Assembly: GCA_040386535.1 (NCBI GenBank)
Contig: JAZKFH010000002.1
Coordinates: 187,678 to 251,677 of the forward strand
Length of the DNA stretch: 64,000 nucleotides
Direction of reading: 5' to 3'
From: Myxococcota bacterium
GTDB lineage: Bacteria; Myxococcota_A; UBA796; SXON01
Shown here: one piece after another, positions 1 through 11,660 of the stretch
How positions within the stretch are numbered: the first letter of the stretch is position 1
Layout: each line of letters opens with the position of its first letter
Position numbers and translations under genes: made by a program
The notes under the pieces: generated by a model
The model's input: the letters and a program-made list of their open reading frames with translations, nothing else
Told to the model about the DNA's origin: nothing
Databases searched by the model: none

Positions 1-106
1 CACCGACGACACCGCGCGCGACACGGCGGCGGACGACACCGCGTCCGATTCCGGCGCCGACACCGCCGCGGACTCCGGCACCGACACGGCGGATACCGCC
101 CGCTGA
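1..106 (+). CDS. 3' end of a protein with Asp/Thr/Ala/Ser-rich low-complexity tail (partial, starts before window)
   Basis: Frame from nt 2 reads TDDTARDTAADDTASDSGADTAADSGTDTADTAR then TGA at 104-106; GC-rich third positions. Confidence 0.7.
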   Translation, partial: TDDTARDTAADDTASDSGADTAADSGTDTADTAR

Positions 107-213
107 AGCCCCGGCCTCGGCGACCGTCGTGACCGGCCCGATCGCGCCCGATATCGAGCGATCCGTGATTGAGCGGTTGACCTGGGCCCGAATCGGCGGC
201 TACCCTCCGCGCC

Positions 214-993
214 ATGCTGGCGGTGGCCGCCCTCGCGGTGATGGTCGAGGTGGCGTGGGCGGAGGACGATGGGTCCCGAGGGGCGCTGAATCACGCGATT
301 CAGCAGTACCTCGCGGGAAACGCGCCGGTCGCCCGCACTGAGCTCCAGGCTCTCCTGGCGCGCGGGCCCACGCTCGCCCCGAATGTGCGCCGGGAGGCCC
401 TCCTCTGGCTGGGAGACCTCCTGTACGCGGAGGGCGGCGCGAACGCCTCGCGCAACGTGTTCGAGACGCTCCTGGGCGAGGCCCCGGACTACCCGATCGA
501 TCCGTTCGCGCACTCTCCCGAGGTCGTGACGTTCTTCGAGACGTTGCGCCCCGCGGCCGCCGCGCCTCCGCCCGACCCGCCGGAGCTCGAGCTCGAGCCC
601 GAGCCGACACCCTGGCCGTGGACCGTGCTGTTGCCCGGCGGTGTGGGCTACTTCATCGACAAGAAGCCCGTCGCGGGCGCGATCGTGGGGGGGATCCAGG
701 CGGCGGGGTTCGGCCTCTCCCTGGCGACCTACGTCCAGCTCCAGGAGAGCTACCCCACGCGCCTCCTGGACAGCCAGCCGCCCGACGGCCAGTTCCCCGA
801 GGAGCATCCGGAGCGGCTCGCCGAGTTCAACACGCTCCTCATGGTCAACCGCGTGAGCGCCTCGGCGGCGGTGCTCGCCTACCTCCTGCCCATCCCGATC
901 GAGACGGGCCTGTGGGCGGGGCGCGGCGCGAGGCGGCAGCGCGTCACGATGTACGTCGGGCCCACCACCGTCACGTTCGCCGGGCGGTTCTGA
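214..993 (+). CDS. Hypothetical exported/membrane protein with TPR-like N-terminal helices, Pro-rich linker and hydrophobic C-terminal segments
   Basis: Signal-like N-terminus (..VAWA), helical repeat pattern (EALLWLGDLLY), PPPDPPE linker; TACCCT 7 nt before ATG. Confidence 0.7.
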   Translation: MLAVAALAVMVEVAWAEDDGSRGALNHAIQQYLAGNAPVARTELQALLARGPTLAPNVRREALLWLGDLLYAEGGANASRNVFETLLGEAPDYPIDPFAHSPEVVTFFETLRPAAAAPPPDPPELELEPEPTPWPWTVLLPGGVGYFIDKKPVAGAIVGGIQAAGFGLSLATYVQLQESYPTRLLDSQPPDGQFPEEHPERLAEFNTLLMVNRVSASAAVLAYLLPIPIETGLWAGRGARRQRVTMYVGPTTVTFAGRF

Positions 994-1092
994 GGTCGGC
1001 TGTTCCGCGCATGGAACACGCCGGAGGCCCAGCCGGGCACGCTCTCGTGGAGGCGTGGGGATATACTCCCGGCCACCCCGACGACTGGAACC

Positions 1093-2874
<1,782 letters not shown>

Positions 2875-2894
2875 CTGCGCGGGCCGCCGCCCCC

Positions 2895-4007
2895 TCACAC
2901 CCCCAGGATCTTCCGCCCCATCACCCGCTCGATCTCGCGGAGGAACGCCATCTCCTCCTTCGCGCACAACGTGATCGCCTCCCCCGCCGCGCCCGCTCGC
3001 GCCGTGCGGCCGATGCGGTGCACGTAGGTGTCGGGGACGCTCGGCACGTCGTAGTTGATGACGTGTGACACGCCCTCGATGTGCAGGCCGCGCGCCGCGA
3101 TGTCGGTCGCGACCAACACACGCGTGGTGCCCGCCTCGAAGTCGGCGAGGGCGCGCTCGCGCTCGAACTGGGGACGATCGCCGTGGATGGCCTCGGCGCG
3201 GATCTCCGCCGCGACCAACGCGGCCGCGAGGCGATCGGCGCCGTGTTTCGTGCGGATGAACACCAACACACGGGTGACCCCCTCGCCCGCGAGGAGGCGC
3301 AGCAGCGCGACGCGCTTGTCGGGCTTCTCGACGAGGAGCACGATCTGGCGGATGTGCTCGGCGATGTGCTTGACCGGGGCCACGGTCACGCGCGCGGGAT
3401 CGGTGAGGATGTAGGCGGCGAGATCGACGATGTCCTTGGGAAGCGTGGCCGAGAACAACACGGTCTGGCGCCACTTGGGGAGCTTCTTGATGACCGCGCG
3501 CACGTCCGTGACGAAGCCGAGATCCAACATGCGGTCGGCCTCGTCGAGCACGAAACACTCCACCGCGTCGAGGGCCACCACGCCTTGCGCGCACAGGTCG
3601 ATGAGACGGCCCGGGGTGGCCACCAGCACGTCGACGCCGTTCTCGAGGGCACGGCGCTGGGCCCGCGGCTTCATGCCGCCGTAGACGACGGCGTGGCGCA
3701 CGCCGGGGAGCTGCTGGCCGTACACGCCGAACGCCTCGTCGATCTGGATGGCGAGCTCACGTGTGGGCGCGAGGACGAGCGCGCGGATGCCCGTGCCGGG
3801 GGTGGCCGCGAGCCGCTGGAGGATGGGCAGGGCGAACGCGGCGGTCTTTCCGGAGCCGGTGGGGGCGGTTCCACACACGTCGCGACCCGCGAGCAGGAGC
3901 GGCAGCGCCTGGGCCTGGATGGGCGTGGGCGCGACGTGCCCCAGGGCCGCCAGGGTGGCCCGAAGCGGCTCGATGAGCTCGAGCGTGTCGAAGGTGGGGG
4001 TCGTCAT
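2895..4007 (-). CDS. DEAD-box RNA helicase (short, RhlE-like core)
   Basis: PTPIQ, TGSGKT, PTRELA, TPGRL, DEAD, SAT, ARGL, HRIGRTAR motifs. Confidence 0.95.
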   Translation of the reverse strand: MTTPTFDTLELIEPLRATLAALGHVAPTPIQAQALPLLLAGRDVCGTAPTGSGKTAAFALPILQRLAATPGTGIRALVLAPTRELAIQIDEAFGVYGQQLPGVRHAVVYGGMKPRAQRRALENGVDVLVATPGRLIDLCAQGVVALDAVECFVLDEADRMLDLGFVTDVRAVIKKLPKWRQTVLFSATLPKDIVDLAAYILTDPARVTVAPVKHIAEHIRQIVLLVEKPDKRVALLRLLAGEGVTRVLVFIRTKHGADRLAAALVAAEIRAEAIHGDRPQFERERALADFEAGTTRVLVATDIAARGLHIEGVSHVINYDVPSVPDTYVHRIGRTARAGAAGEAITLCAKEEMAFLREIERVMGRKILGV

Positions 4008-4049
4008 CGCGGCCCCCTACCACGCCCCCACAGGATAGCGTAGCCCTCG

Positions 4050-4529
4050 ATGAACGCCCTCCGTCCGACGCCCTCGCGGCCCCAGGCCGTCCTCCTCCTC
4101 GCGGTCGCCGCGCTGTTCGCGTCCCCCGCCCACGCGGTCGACGCGCAGTCCGACGTGGCGGTGCAGAGCCAGAAGTCGCTCGGCGACTACTTCGCTGATC
4201 TGGAGGGCGACTCCGACCCCGACCGGCTCTACGCCGCGCGGGTGCTCCGCGGCGAGCTCACCCGCGTGCTGCACGTCGAGGCCAAGGCGCCGGCCGGCTC
4301 TCTCGCCTCGCTCGACGCCCGCGCCATCCTCATCGAGCTCGAGGAGCGCTTGCCGCGCGCGTGCCGGGCGGGCCTCCAGAAGCTCAACAGCGTGGCCCCC
4401 TGCGCTGACATCCTCGGCCTGCTGGACGTGAAGGCGGCGATCCCGGAGATCCAGGCCGTCCTCCTGGTCGAGAAGCGCAAGTGGGTGCGCCGGCACCTCG
4501 AAAAGGCCCTCGTGCGGCTGGGCGCCTAG
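4050..4529 (+). CDS. Hypothetical exported protein, possibly HEAT-like helical
   Basis: Signal peptide ending AHA; helical amphipathic pattern; high GC3. Confidence 0.65.
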   Translation: MNALRPTPSRPQAVLLLAVAALFASPAHAVDAQSDVAVQSQKSLGDYFADLEGDSDPDRLYAARVLRGELTRVLHVEAKAPAGSLASLDARAILIELEERLPRACRAGLQKLNSVAPCADILGLLDVKAAIPEIQAVLLVEKRKWVRRHLEKALVRLGA

Positions 4530-4543
4530 TGTCGGTGCCCAGG

Positions 4544-5137
4544 ATGCGCACCGTCGGCCTCACGGGCGGCATCGCGTGCGGCAAGAGCACCGTGGCCGAC
4601 CTGTTGCGCGCCCAAGGCGTGCCTGTGCTGGACCTCGACCGCGTGGCCCGGGACGTGGTGGCGCCCGGCGAGCCCGCACTCACCGAGATCGCGGCCCTCT
4701 GGCCCGCCGTCGTGGTCGATAGCGCGCTCGATCGCAAGGCCCTGGGCGCGGTCATCGTGGCCGACCCCGCGGCCAAACGTGCGCTGGAGACCATCACCCA
4801 CCCGCGCATCTGGGAGCGCATGGAGCGGTGGCTCGCCGAACAGGAGGCTGCCGGCGCGCCGGTCGCCGTGGTCGAGGCCGCGCTGATGGTCGAGACCGGG
4901 AGCTATACGCGCTACGACAAGCTGCTGGTGGTCTCCTGCGCGCCCGAGGTCCAGCGGGCCCGGCTCGCGTCCCGCGAGGGATACGACGCGGCCACCGTGG
5001 AGCGCTGGCTCGCCGCGCAGATGCCCCTCGCCGCCAAGGAGGCGGTGGCCGACGTGGTGATACACAACGATACATCGCCCGAAGCGCTGGCCGCCCGCAC
5101 GGCGGCAGCATGGAGGGAGATCCTGTCGGAGGCGTGA
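4544..5137 (+). CDS. coaE: Dephospho-CoA kinase
   Basis: VGLTGGIACGKST P-loop, LDRKALG, ITHP, AQMP..K, ADVVIHN; start set at ATG 4544. Confidence 0.95.
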   Translation: MRTVGLTGGIACGKSTVADLLRAQGVPVLDLDRVARDVVAPGEPALTEIAALWPAVVVDSALDRKALGAVIVADPAAKRALETITHPRIWERMERWLAEQEAAGAPVAVVEAALMVETGSYTRYDKLLVVSCAPEVQRARLASREGYDAATVERWLAAQMPLAAKEAVADVVIHNDTSPEALAARTAAAWREILSEA

Positions 5138-5165
5138 CACATGCGTCGCGAGCGGCATGTATCAC
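5058..5165. repeat. GATACA(T/C) motif cluster 1 including 11-bp imperfect inverted repeat
   Basis: TGATACAC 5058-5065, GATACATC 5069-5076; GTGACACATGC (5134-5144) N10 GCATGTATCAC (5155-5165). Confidence 0.75.
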
Positions 5166-5228
5166 TGTGTTCCGCTCCTGCTTTCCACCCCCCAGAGGGT
5201 GTTTAGCGGGGGGCTGAGGCAAGCGGAC

Positions 5229-5633
5229 ATGACGACGAAGAAGACGGCAGGCTCCAGGCGCTCGATCCGCGGGGACGACCCGCTCGTGTACGGCGGCGTA
5301 GGCGAGAGCCCGGTGGAGGCCGGCACGCACGCGGACGCCGAGGGGCTCGACGGGCTGCAGTACGTCACGGGTGAGGTGCCCTACACCAGCCAGGAGGAGA
5401 TGCTCCTGGACCAAGAGCGCACCGAGGAGCGCATCGAGGACGACCGGGACCTCGAGGCCCCCGAGGAGGTGATGACCAGCCGCGTGGCGCTCGACGAGCG
5501 CGACGACGTCAACACCCTGGACGACGTGGACCGCCAGGGCCGGCGAGGCGAGGAGGAGCGGGACTGGTCGGGCGACATGTACGCCGACAGCGGCCGGCAC
5601 CGGCTCAACGACGGCAGCCGCAAGCACAAGTGA
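5229..5633 (+). CDS. Small acidic, probably disordered hypothetical protein
   Basis: ATG 5229 preceded by GAGG; strong GC3 bias; D/E-rich sequence. Confidence 0.75.
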   Translation: MTTKKTAGSRRSIRGDDPLVYGGVGESPVEAGTHADAEGLDGLQYVTGEVPYTSQEEMLLDQERTEERIEDDRDLEAPEEVMTSRVALDERDDVNTLDDVDRQGRRGEEERDWSGDMYADSGRHRLNDGSRKHK

Positions 5634-5675
5634 TACATCTGATACATCGAGTCGATGTATCGCCGATGTATCACT
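5629..5675. repeat. Nested perfect inverted repeats of GATACATC between convergent genes
   Basis: AGTGATACATC (5629-5639)/GATGTATCACT (5665-5675) enclosing GATACATCGA-G-TCGATGTATC (5641-5661); both stop codons lie inside the motif. Confidence 0.9.
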
Positions 5676-7191
5676 CCCCCATCGCCTCCTCGGCGACCAG
5701 CATCGCGAGCGCCATGATGGTGTGCTGGGGATTGACGCCGATGTTGTCCGGCATCAACGAGGCGTCCGCCACGTAGAGGCCCTGGTGCCCGTGCACGCGG
5801 CCCCGCGCGTCACACACGGAGCGGGTCGGGTCGGCGCCCATCATGCAGCCGCCGAACAGGTGGGACAGGATGGCCACGTAGCGACGCGGATCCAGCGGGC
5901 CGTTGGCGATCACGTCGAGCTCGCCGGGCCCGAGGCTGTAGGGCAGGCCCTGGATGCCCGGCAACACGGCGGTCGCGCCCGCGGCGAAGTGCAGCTCGGC
6001 CACGCGCACCATGCCGGCGCGGAAGCGCGCCATGTCGTACGCGTCGAAGCTGTAGCGAACGATGGGCTTGCCCCCGAAGCCCGCGCCGACGCTGCCCACG
6101 CTGCGCGCCCGGAGCGCGTGCACCCACATCGCGAGGTGGCGATACCCGACGATGCGCTCCATGAACGCGCGGCCGCCGCCCCCGATGCGGGAGATGGCCA
6201 TCTCCATGGGGATGGAGAGGGTCTCCAGCTTCAGACCTCCGTCCTCGCGGAACCGCGTGGACGCCCACCCCTGGGTGACGCCCACGTTCTGGTCGACCGG
6301 ATCGTCGTAGACCCCGAACACGCCGGTGCCGGGGTGCGCACGAAAGCCCGCGCCGACGGCCGCGTGGGTGAGCCCCGAGCGCCGGAGCAGGACGGGGCTG
6401 TGGGTAACGGAGGCGGCCACGAACACGCCCTTCCGGGCGCGGGCGGTGAAGCGGGCGCCCTTCGACCGGGTCTGCGGGTGGACGAACCGGCCGCTGACCC
6501 CGACCGCGCGGCCGCCGGTCGATCCGTGCCGCTCGAACAGGATGCGCTCGGCGGGCGCGGAGGAGAGCAACTGCCCGCCGCGACGCAACACCTCGGGCAC
6601 GTAGTTCAGGTTCGTGCTCTGCTTGCGCATCGAGCGGCAGCCCTGGAGGCACTGTCCCGAGCCCAGGCAGCCCTTCGCGTAGCGCTTGATGACGTGCCCG
6701 CCGAAGCCCGCCGCGGCGTCGCCTTTCAACGCGAGCTGGTTGGAGCGTCCCATCGACTCCGGTGGTGTCTCGGAGACGCAGAGGTCCTCTTCGAGCCGAT
6801 CCTGGAAGCCCCACATGCGCTCGGCGAAGCCGGGGCCGCCGACGCCGTGGTCGCGCTCCCATTCGAGGAAGATGTCCAGCGGGGTGCGGACGCAGATGGC
6901 GGAGTTGATGACCGTGGTGCCGCCCACCAGCCGCGCCTGGACCACCGGCCACAAGGCCCGCCCCATCGTGATCGTAGAGCCCCAGTCGTCCATCATGTCG
7001 CGCATGGCGCCATAGGTCGTGTGGGCGTAGTCGTGGGGCTCGCGCCAGGGGCCGGCCTCCACCATCAACACGCTCGCGCCTGCGCGCGCCAGCGTCACCG
7101 CGGCGGCGGCGCCACCCGCGCCCGTGCCGACCACGACGTAGTCGGCCTCTAGGGCGACATCGCCCCGCTCCTGGAACGCGACGTGGTTCAT
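5671..7191 (-). CDS. GMC family FAD oxidoreductase
   Basis: VVVGTGAGG Rossmann motif, VGGTTVINS, C-x-G-S-G-x-C-x-x-G-C, HLFGGC, GLYVADASL, GVNPQ. Confidence 0.92.
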   Translation of the reverse strand: MNHVAFQERGDVALEADYVVVGTGAGGAAAAVTLARAGASVLMVEAGPWREPHDYAHTTYGAMRDMMDDWGSTITMGRALWPVVQARLVGGTTVINSAICVRTPLDIFLEWERDHGVGGPGFAERMWGFQDRLEEDLCVSETPPESMGRSNQLALKGDAAAGFGGHVIKRYAKGCLGSGQCLQGCRSMRKQSTNLNYVPEVLRRGGQLLSSAPAERILFERHGSTGGRAVGVSGRFVHPQTRSKGARFTARARKGVFVAASVTHSPVLLRRSGLTHAAVGAGFRAHPGTGVFGVYDDPVDQNVGVTQGWASTRFREDGGLKLETLSIPMEMAISRIGGGGRAFMERIVGYRHLAMWVHALRARSVGSVGAGFGGKPIVRYSFDAYDMARFRAGMVRVAELHFAAGATAVLPGIQGLPYSLGPGELDVIANGPLDPRRYVAILSHLFGGCMMGADPTRSVCDARGRVHGHQGLYVADASLMPDNIGVNPQHTIMALAMLVAEEAMGE

Positions 7192-7201
7192 CCGGAGCCG
7201 C

Positions 7202-7594
7202 TCATGTGGTTCTGAAGGTGCCGGGATCGACCGGGTACGGCGCCACGTTGAGCCGACGGCGCACCTCGGGGTCCTGGCCCCAACACATGCACGCGTACAT
7301 CTTGAGCAGAAAGACGGCCTGGCGCAGCAGGTAGAACCGCGTGGTGCAGATGCGTTCGGCGTGCGTGTCCCGCAGGCCGCGGGGCAGGAGGAACGACGGG
7401 AGCGGCACGTACACGGTGAGCACCGGCGTCAGCGCGTATACGAGCGCGCCGAGCACCAGGCCGGCCCACACCATGGGCGTGGTCTCGCGGCGCGTCTGCG
7501 CCAGGAACGCGTCCACGCCGGCGTCCGCGAGGCCGGGAAGGGCGGCCGTGGCCGGCATCATGTCGCACATCGTGGCGCGCACGAGCCAGGTCAT
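7202..7594 (-). CDS. Small partner protein of the GMC oxidoreductase (gluconate 2-dehydrogenase subunit 3-like)
   Basis: Directly upstream of GMC gene; helical; C-terminal 'LK...W..DPEVRRRL' pattern; start ATG 7594. Confidence 0.6.
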   Translation of the reverse strand: MTWLVRATMCDMMPATAALPGLADAGVDAFLAQTRRETTPMVWAGLVLGALVYALTPVLTVYVPLPSFLLPRGLRDTHAERICTTRFYLLRQAVFLLKMYACMCWGQDPEVRRRLNVAPYPVDPGTFRTT

Positions 7595-7620
7595 CGGAAG
7601 GCCCCTCGCCGGCCGGGCAC

Positions 7621-8144
<524 letters not shown>

Positions 8145-8148
<4 letters not shown>

Positions 8149-8792
8149 GATGCCTCCGGCGCGGCACGGCCACGCGCGCCGAACCATTTCACGAAGAGCC
8201 ACCCCGCGCCAAGCCCCACCACCAAGAGGACGAACCCGAGGAGGTCCTCCTTGATGACGTGCGTGAGCGCGCTCGGGTCGGTCAACAGGTCGGGACGGCG
8301 CCCGATCGTGCGCGCGCCGAAGAACGCGAGCACCGCGCACCAGAGGGTGGAACCTACGAAAGTGATCGCCATGAACGCCAGGAACGGCATCCGTACGAGC
8401 CCGGCGGGAAACCCGATGAGGTGCCGCACCACGGGGAGCAACCGCGCGAAGAAGACACCCCCGAGCGCGTACTGGGAGAGCCACCGTTCGGCGAGCTCGA
8501 GCCGCGCGGGAGGGAGCAGGAAGTACTTGCCCCAGCGGAGCACGAAGGCGCGCCCGACCGTGTAGGTGAAGCCGTAGCAGAGCGACGACCCGAACGTGGA
8601 GCCCGTGCCGCCCGCGAGGATGACGCCCCAGATGTTCATGCGGCCCTGCTCGGCCCAGTACGCGGCCGGCGGCATGATGATCTCGGACGGGATGGGGACG
8701 ATGGTGCTCTCCAGCGCCATCATCACGAAGACGCCGAGGTAGCCCCACTCCTCGACGAAATCGAACCACGTCACCATCAGCTCGTGCAACAT
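8145..8792 (-). CDS. dedA: DedA family membrane protein
   Basis: ESTIVPIPSEII, FFARLLPVVRHLIGFPAG, multiple TM segments. Confidence 0.92.
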
Positions 8793-9542
8793 TCAGCTCT
8801 CCAGCTTCCAGGCGCGGAGGGCATTGAGCACCTCGTGCGCGGTCAGATCCAGGTGCAACGGCGTCACGACGGCAAAGCCGGACTCGCACAGGGGCCCGTC
8901 GGACTCGGGCAGGTCATCGAAGCGGTCGTGGTCGCCCCCGATCCAGTAGTACTTGCGCCCGCGCGGATCCAGGTTCACCGCGACCGTGGGGTGGTACCAG
9001 CGGCGCCCGAGCGGCGCGACGCGGACACCCTTGAGCTGGTCATGGGGCAGGTCCGGCACGTTGACGTTCAGGAGCACGCCGGGCGGGAGCTTCTGCCGCA
9101 TGGTCTCCATCACCACGTCGCGCGCGATGCGCTGGGCGGTGTCCCAATGGGGCGCGGCGCCCGACACCCAGAGGCTCACCGCGATGGACGGGATGTCGAA
9201 CGAGGCGGCCTCGCGCGCGGCCGCGACCGTGCCCGAGTACATCACGTCATTCGACAGGTTCGAGCCGCGATTGATCCCGGACACCACCAGGTCGGGCTTG
9301 CGCGGCAGGAGGTGGTGCGCGGCGATGTAGACCGAGTCGGCGGGGGTGCCGGACACGGAGAACCGACGCTCGCCGTGCTGCGCCACACGGAGCGGCTCGT
9401 GCATGGTGAGCGAGTGCGACTTGGCGGACTGCTCGGTGGCGGGCGCCACGGTCCACACCTCGCCCAGGTCGGCCATCGCGGCCTCGAGCGCGCTCAAGCC
9501 AGCGGCCTCGATGCCGTCGTCATTGGAGAGGAGGATGAGCAT
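8793..9542 (-). CDS. surE: 5'/3'-nucleotidase SurE
   Basis: ILLSNDDG, SGTPAD, VSGINRGSN, YSGTVAAA, LNVNVP, VTPL. Confidence 0.97.
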   Translation of the reverse strand: MLILLSNDDGIEAAGLSALEAAMADLGEVWTVAPATEQSAKSHSLTMHEPLRVAQHGERRFSVSGTPADSVYIAAHHLLPRKPDLVVSGINRGSNLSNDVMYSGTVAAAREAASFDIPSIAVSLWVSGAAPHWDTAQRIARDVVMETMRQKLPPGVLLNVNVPDLPHDQLKGVRVAPLGRRWYHPTVAVNLDPRGRKYYWIGGDHDRFDDLPESDGPLCESGFAVVTPLHLDLTAHEVLNALRAWKLES

Positions 9543-9620
9543 CTTTGATGGGGTCAGGGGGTGCGTTCGGGTAGGGTCCGCGGGCATAACCCATGCCCCG
9601 CACGATATGCTGTGCGCGCC

Positions 9621-10019
9621 ATGCGCCCCCGTTACGCCGACCTCTTCCGCCGCATGCGCGACCCCGATTCGGTCGCCGCGGATGCCGCTTTCGACGCCGT
9701 GCTCTTCGATCGGGCGGAGGCCCTCCCCGATCTGATCGAGTGCTTCCAGAAGAGCCGGAAGGATCCCCTCCTCCGCTTCCTCTGCGTGCAGTTGCTGGGC
9801 TTCTCCGAGTCGATCGAAGCGCTCCCGGTCCTGCTCGACGCGCTGGACGACAAGCACGAGATGGTCCGCGCCGAGGCCTGCCGCTCCCTGGAGGACCTGG
9901 CGCACCCGTCCTCGATTCCGCACCTCGAGGCCCGCCTCGACGACATGGACGAAGAGGTGCGGGTGGCCGCCGCCGAAGCCCTGATCGCCGTGCGCGGCGG
10001 CGGGCGCGAAACGGGCTGA
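9621..10019 (+). CDS. HEAT repeat protein
   Basis: Repeated L-x-D-x-x-x-x-VR-x-x-A-x-x-x-L units. Confidence 0.85.
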   Translation: MRPRYADLFRRMRDPDSVAADAAFDAVLFDRAEALPDLIECFQKSRKDPLLRFLCVQLLGFSESIEALPVLLDALDDKHEMVRAEACRSLEDLAHPSSIPHLEARLDDMDEEVRVAAAEALIAVRGGGRETG

Positions 10020-10078
10020 TCGAGCCGCCGATCCACATCGGCCCTGGTAGCGAGCCGAACACGTGCTAGCTTGCAGGC

Positions 10079-10750
10079 GTGCTCGCCTTCCTCCTCACCG
10101 TGTCCCTCGCCTCTGCCGACACCTCGGAAGCCCTCATCGGTCGCATGAAGGGCGCGTGGGAGCGCCTCTCGTCCTACCGGACCACCCAGGTCATCCAGGA
10201 ACGCGTGAAGGGGCAGCTCGGCGTCGAGCAGCGCGTCAAGGCCAGCTTCCGCAAGCCCTGGGAGATCCAGCTGGAGTGGGAGTCTCCTCACCCCGGCCGC
10301 AAGGTGTACTGGAACGCCGCGCGGCACGGCGGCGAGGTGCAGGTCTACCCCGGCGGGCTCGCCGGCCGGGCCGTCGGGATCTTGAGCTTCTCGATGGACA
10401 ACCGGATCCTCAAGGCCGACACCAACTACTCCCCTGCGGACGGCGGCTTCGGCTACCTCGTCAAGCTCGTGTCGTCCTCGGTGGCGGCCTCCTCTCCGCA
10501 CAGGCCCACGCTCGCCGAGCCGGTCTCGTCCACCGCCGGCGGCGAGCCCACGTGGACCATCTCGATGACCGACGTGCAGCACCCGCGGTTCGCCCGAACG
10601 GAGCTGCTCGTGTCGGCCAGGACCGGCCTCCCACGCAAGTTCACCGGGTGGGGCCCGGACGGGGCGCTCGCGGAGCGATTCGAGTGGTTCGACACGGAGA
10701 TCGACCCGGTGCTGGTCGACGCGGTCGACTTCAGCGCCGGCTACCCGTAG
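10079..10750 (+). CDS. Exported LolA-fold / DUF1571-like protein
   Basis: Signal peptide (SLASA), QERVKG.L, FRKPW, beta-rich, TGLP near C-terminus. Confidence 0.6.
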   Translation: MLAFLLTVSLASADTSEALIGRMKGAWERLSSYRTTQVIQERVKGQLGVEQRVKASFRKPWEIQLEWESPHPGRKVYWNAARHGGEVQVYPGGLAGRAVGILSFSMDNRILKADTNYSPADGGFGYLVKLVSSSVAASSPHRPTLAEPVSSTAGGEPTWTISMTDVQHPRFARTELLVSARTGLPRKFTGWGPDGALAERFEWFDTEIDPVLVDAVDFSAGYP

Positions 10751-10807
10751 GCGCGGACCGCGCGGGCGCGCTGGGCAGTGCGGCGTCCAGCCGGATACCC
10801 TCCCGAC

Positions 10808-11644
10808 ATGCGCCCACACCGACGAGCTCGAGGATCCCTGCTGTCAATGCTGGGAATCACGCTCCTCTCGCTGGATGCCGCGGGTGGCGGCCCGGCCCAC
10901 GCCCAGCCGCTCGCCCCCTCCGCACCCCGCGCCCCCTCCGAGACCCGCGCCTCGTTCGTCGGCGCCGTCCCGCTCGCAGCCGGCTCCGTCGAGGTGGGCT
11001 CGGTCGAAGCGGCCTCCGTCGATACCGGGGCGCCCTCCATGAACGCCGCCTCGAAGGACGCGGCCTCCCTCGATCCGGCCGTCCTCGACATGGCTCTCGG
11101 GGCGCTGGAGTGCGCGCGCAGGTCCGGCTCCGCCGGGGAGCGCGCGGACAAGGTGCTCTCGGTCATCGACTTCCGCCTCCCCTCCTCCACCCCGCGCCTC
11201 TGGGTCATCGACCTCGACAGCGGCGCCACCTTGTTCACGGAGCGGGTCTCCCACGGGCGCAACACCGGCGAGGATGCCGCCACGGCGTTCTCGAACATCC
11301 CGGGTAGCAACCAGTCGAGCCTCGGGCTCTTCCGCACGGGCGAGATCTACGTCGGCAAGCATGGGCGCTCGATGAAGCTGGACGGGCTGGAGCCGGGCTT
11401 CAACGATCGGGCGCGCGACCGCGCGATCGTGGTGCACGCGGCCTCCTACTGCACGGGCGAACACGTTGCCCAGTGGGGCCGGCTCGGCCGCAGCCAGGGG
11501 TGCCCCGCGCTCGATCCCGCCGTGTCCGACGCGGTGATCGACACCATCCGCGACGGCACGCTGCTGTTCGCCTACTACCCCGATCCCGACTGGCTCTCCG
11601 GGTCCTCCGCGCTCCGCTGCGAGGGAGCGGAGGACCCGGCGTAG
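10808..11644 (+). CDS. Murein L,D-transpeptidase catalytic domain protein (YkuD_2-like)
   Basis: VIDFRLPS..RLWV, VSHGRNTG, SSLG, IVVHAA.Y, GRSQGCPA catalytic His/Cys. Confidence 0.92.
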   Translation: MRPHRRARGSLLSMLGITLLSLDAAGGGPAHAQPLAPSAPRAPSETRASFVGAVPLAAGSVEVGSVEAASVDTGAPSMNAASKDAASLDPAVLDMALGALECARRSGSAGERADKVLSVIDFRLPSSTPRLWVIDLDSGATLFTERVSHGRNTGEDAATAFSNIPGSNQSSLGLFRTGEIYVGKHGRSMKLDGLEPGFNDRARDRAIVVHAASYCTGEHVAQWGRLGRSQGCPALDPAVSDAVIDTIRDGTLLFAYYPDPDWLSGSSALRCEGAEDPA

Positions 11645-11660
11645 CTCGGGCCCCCGAGCC

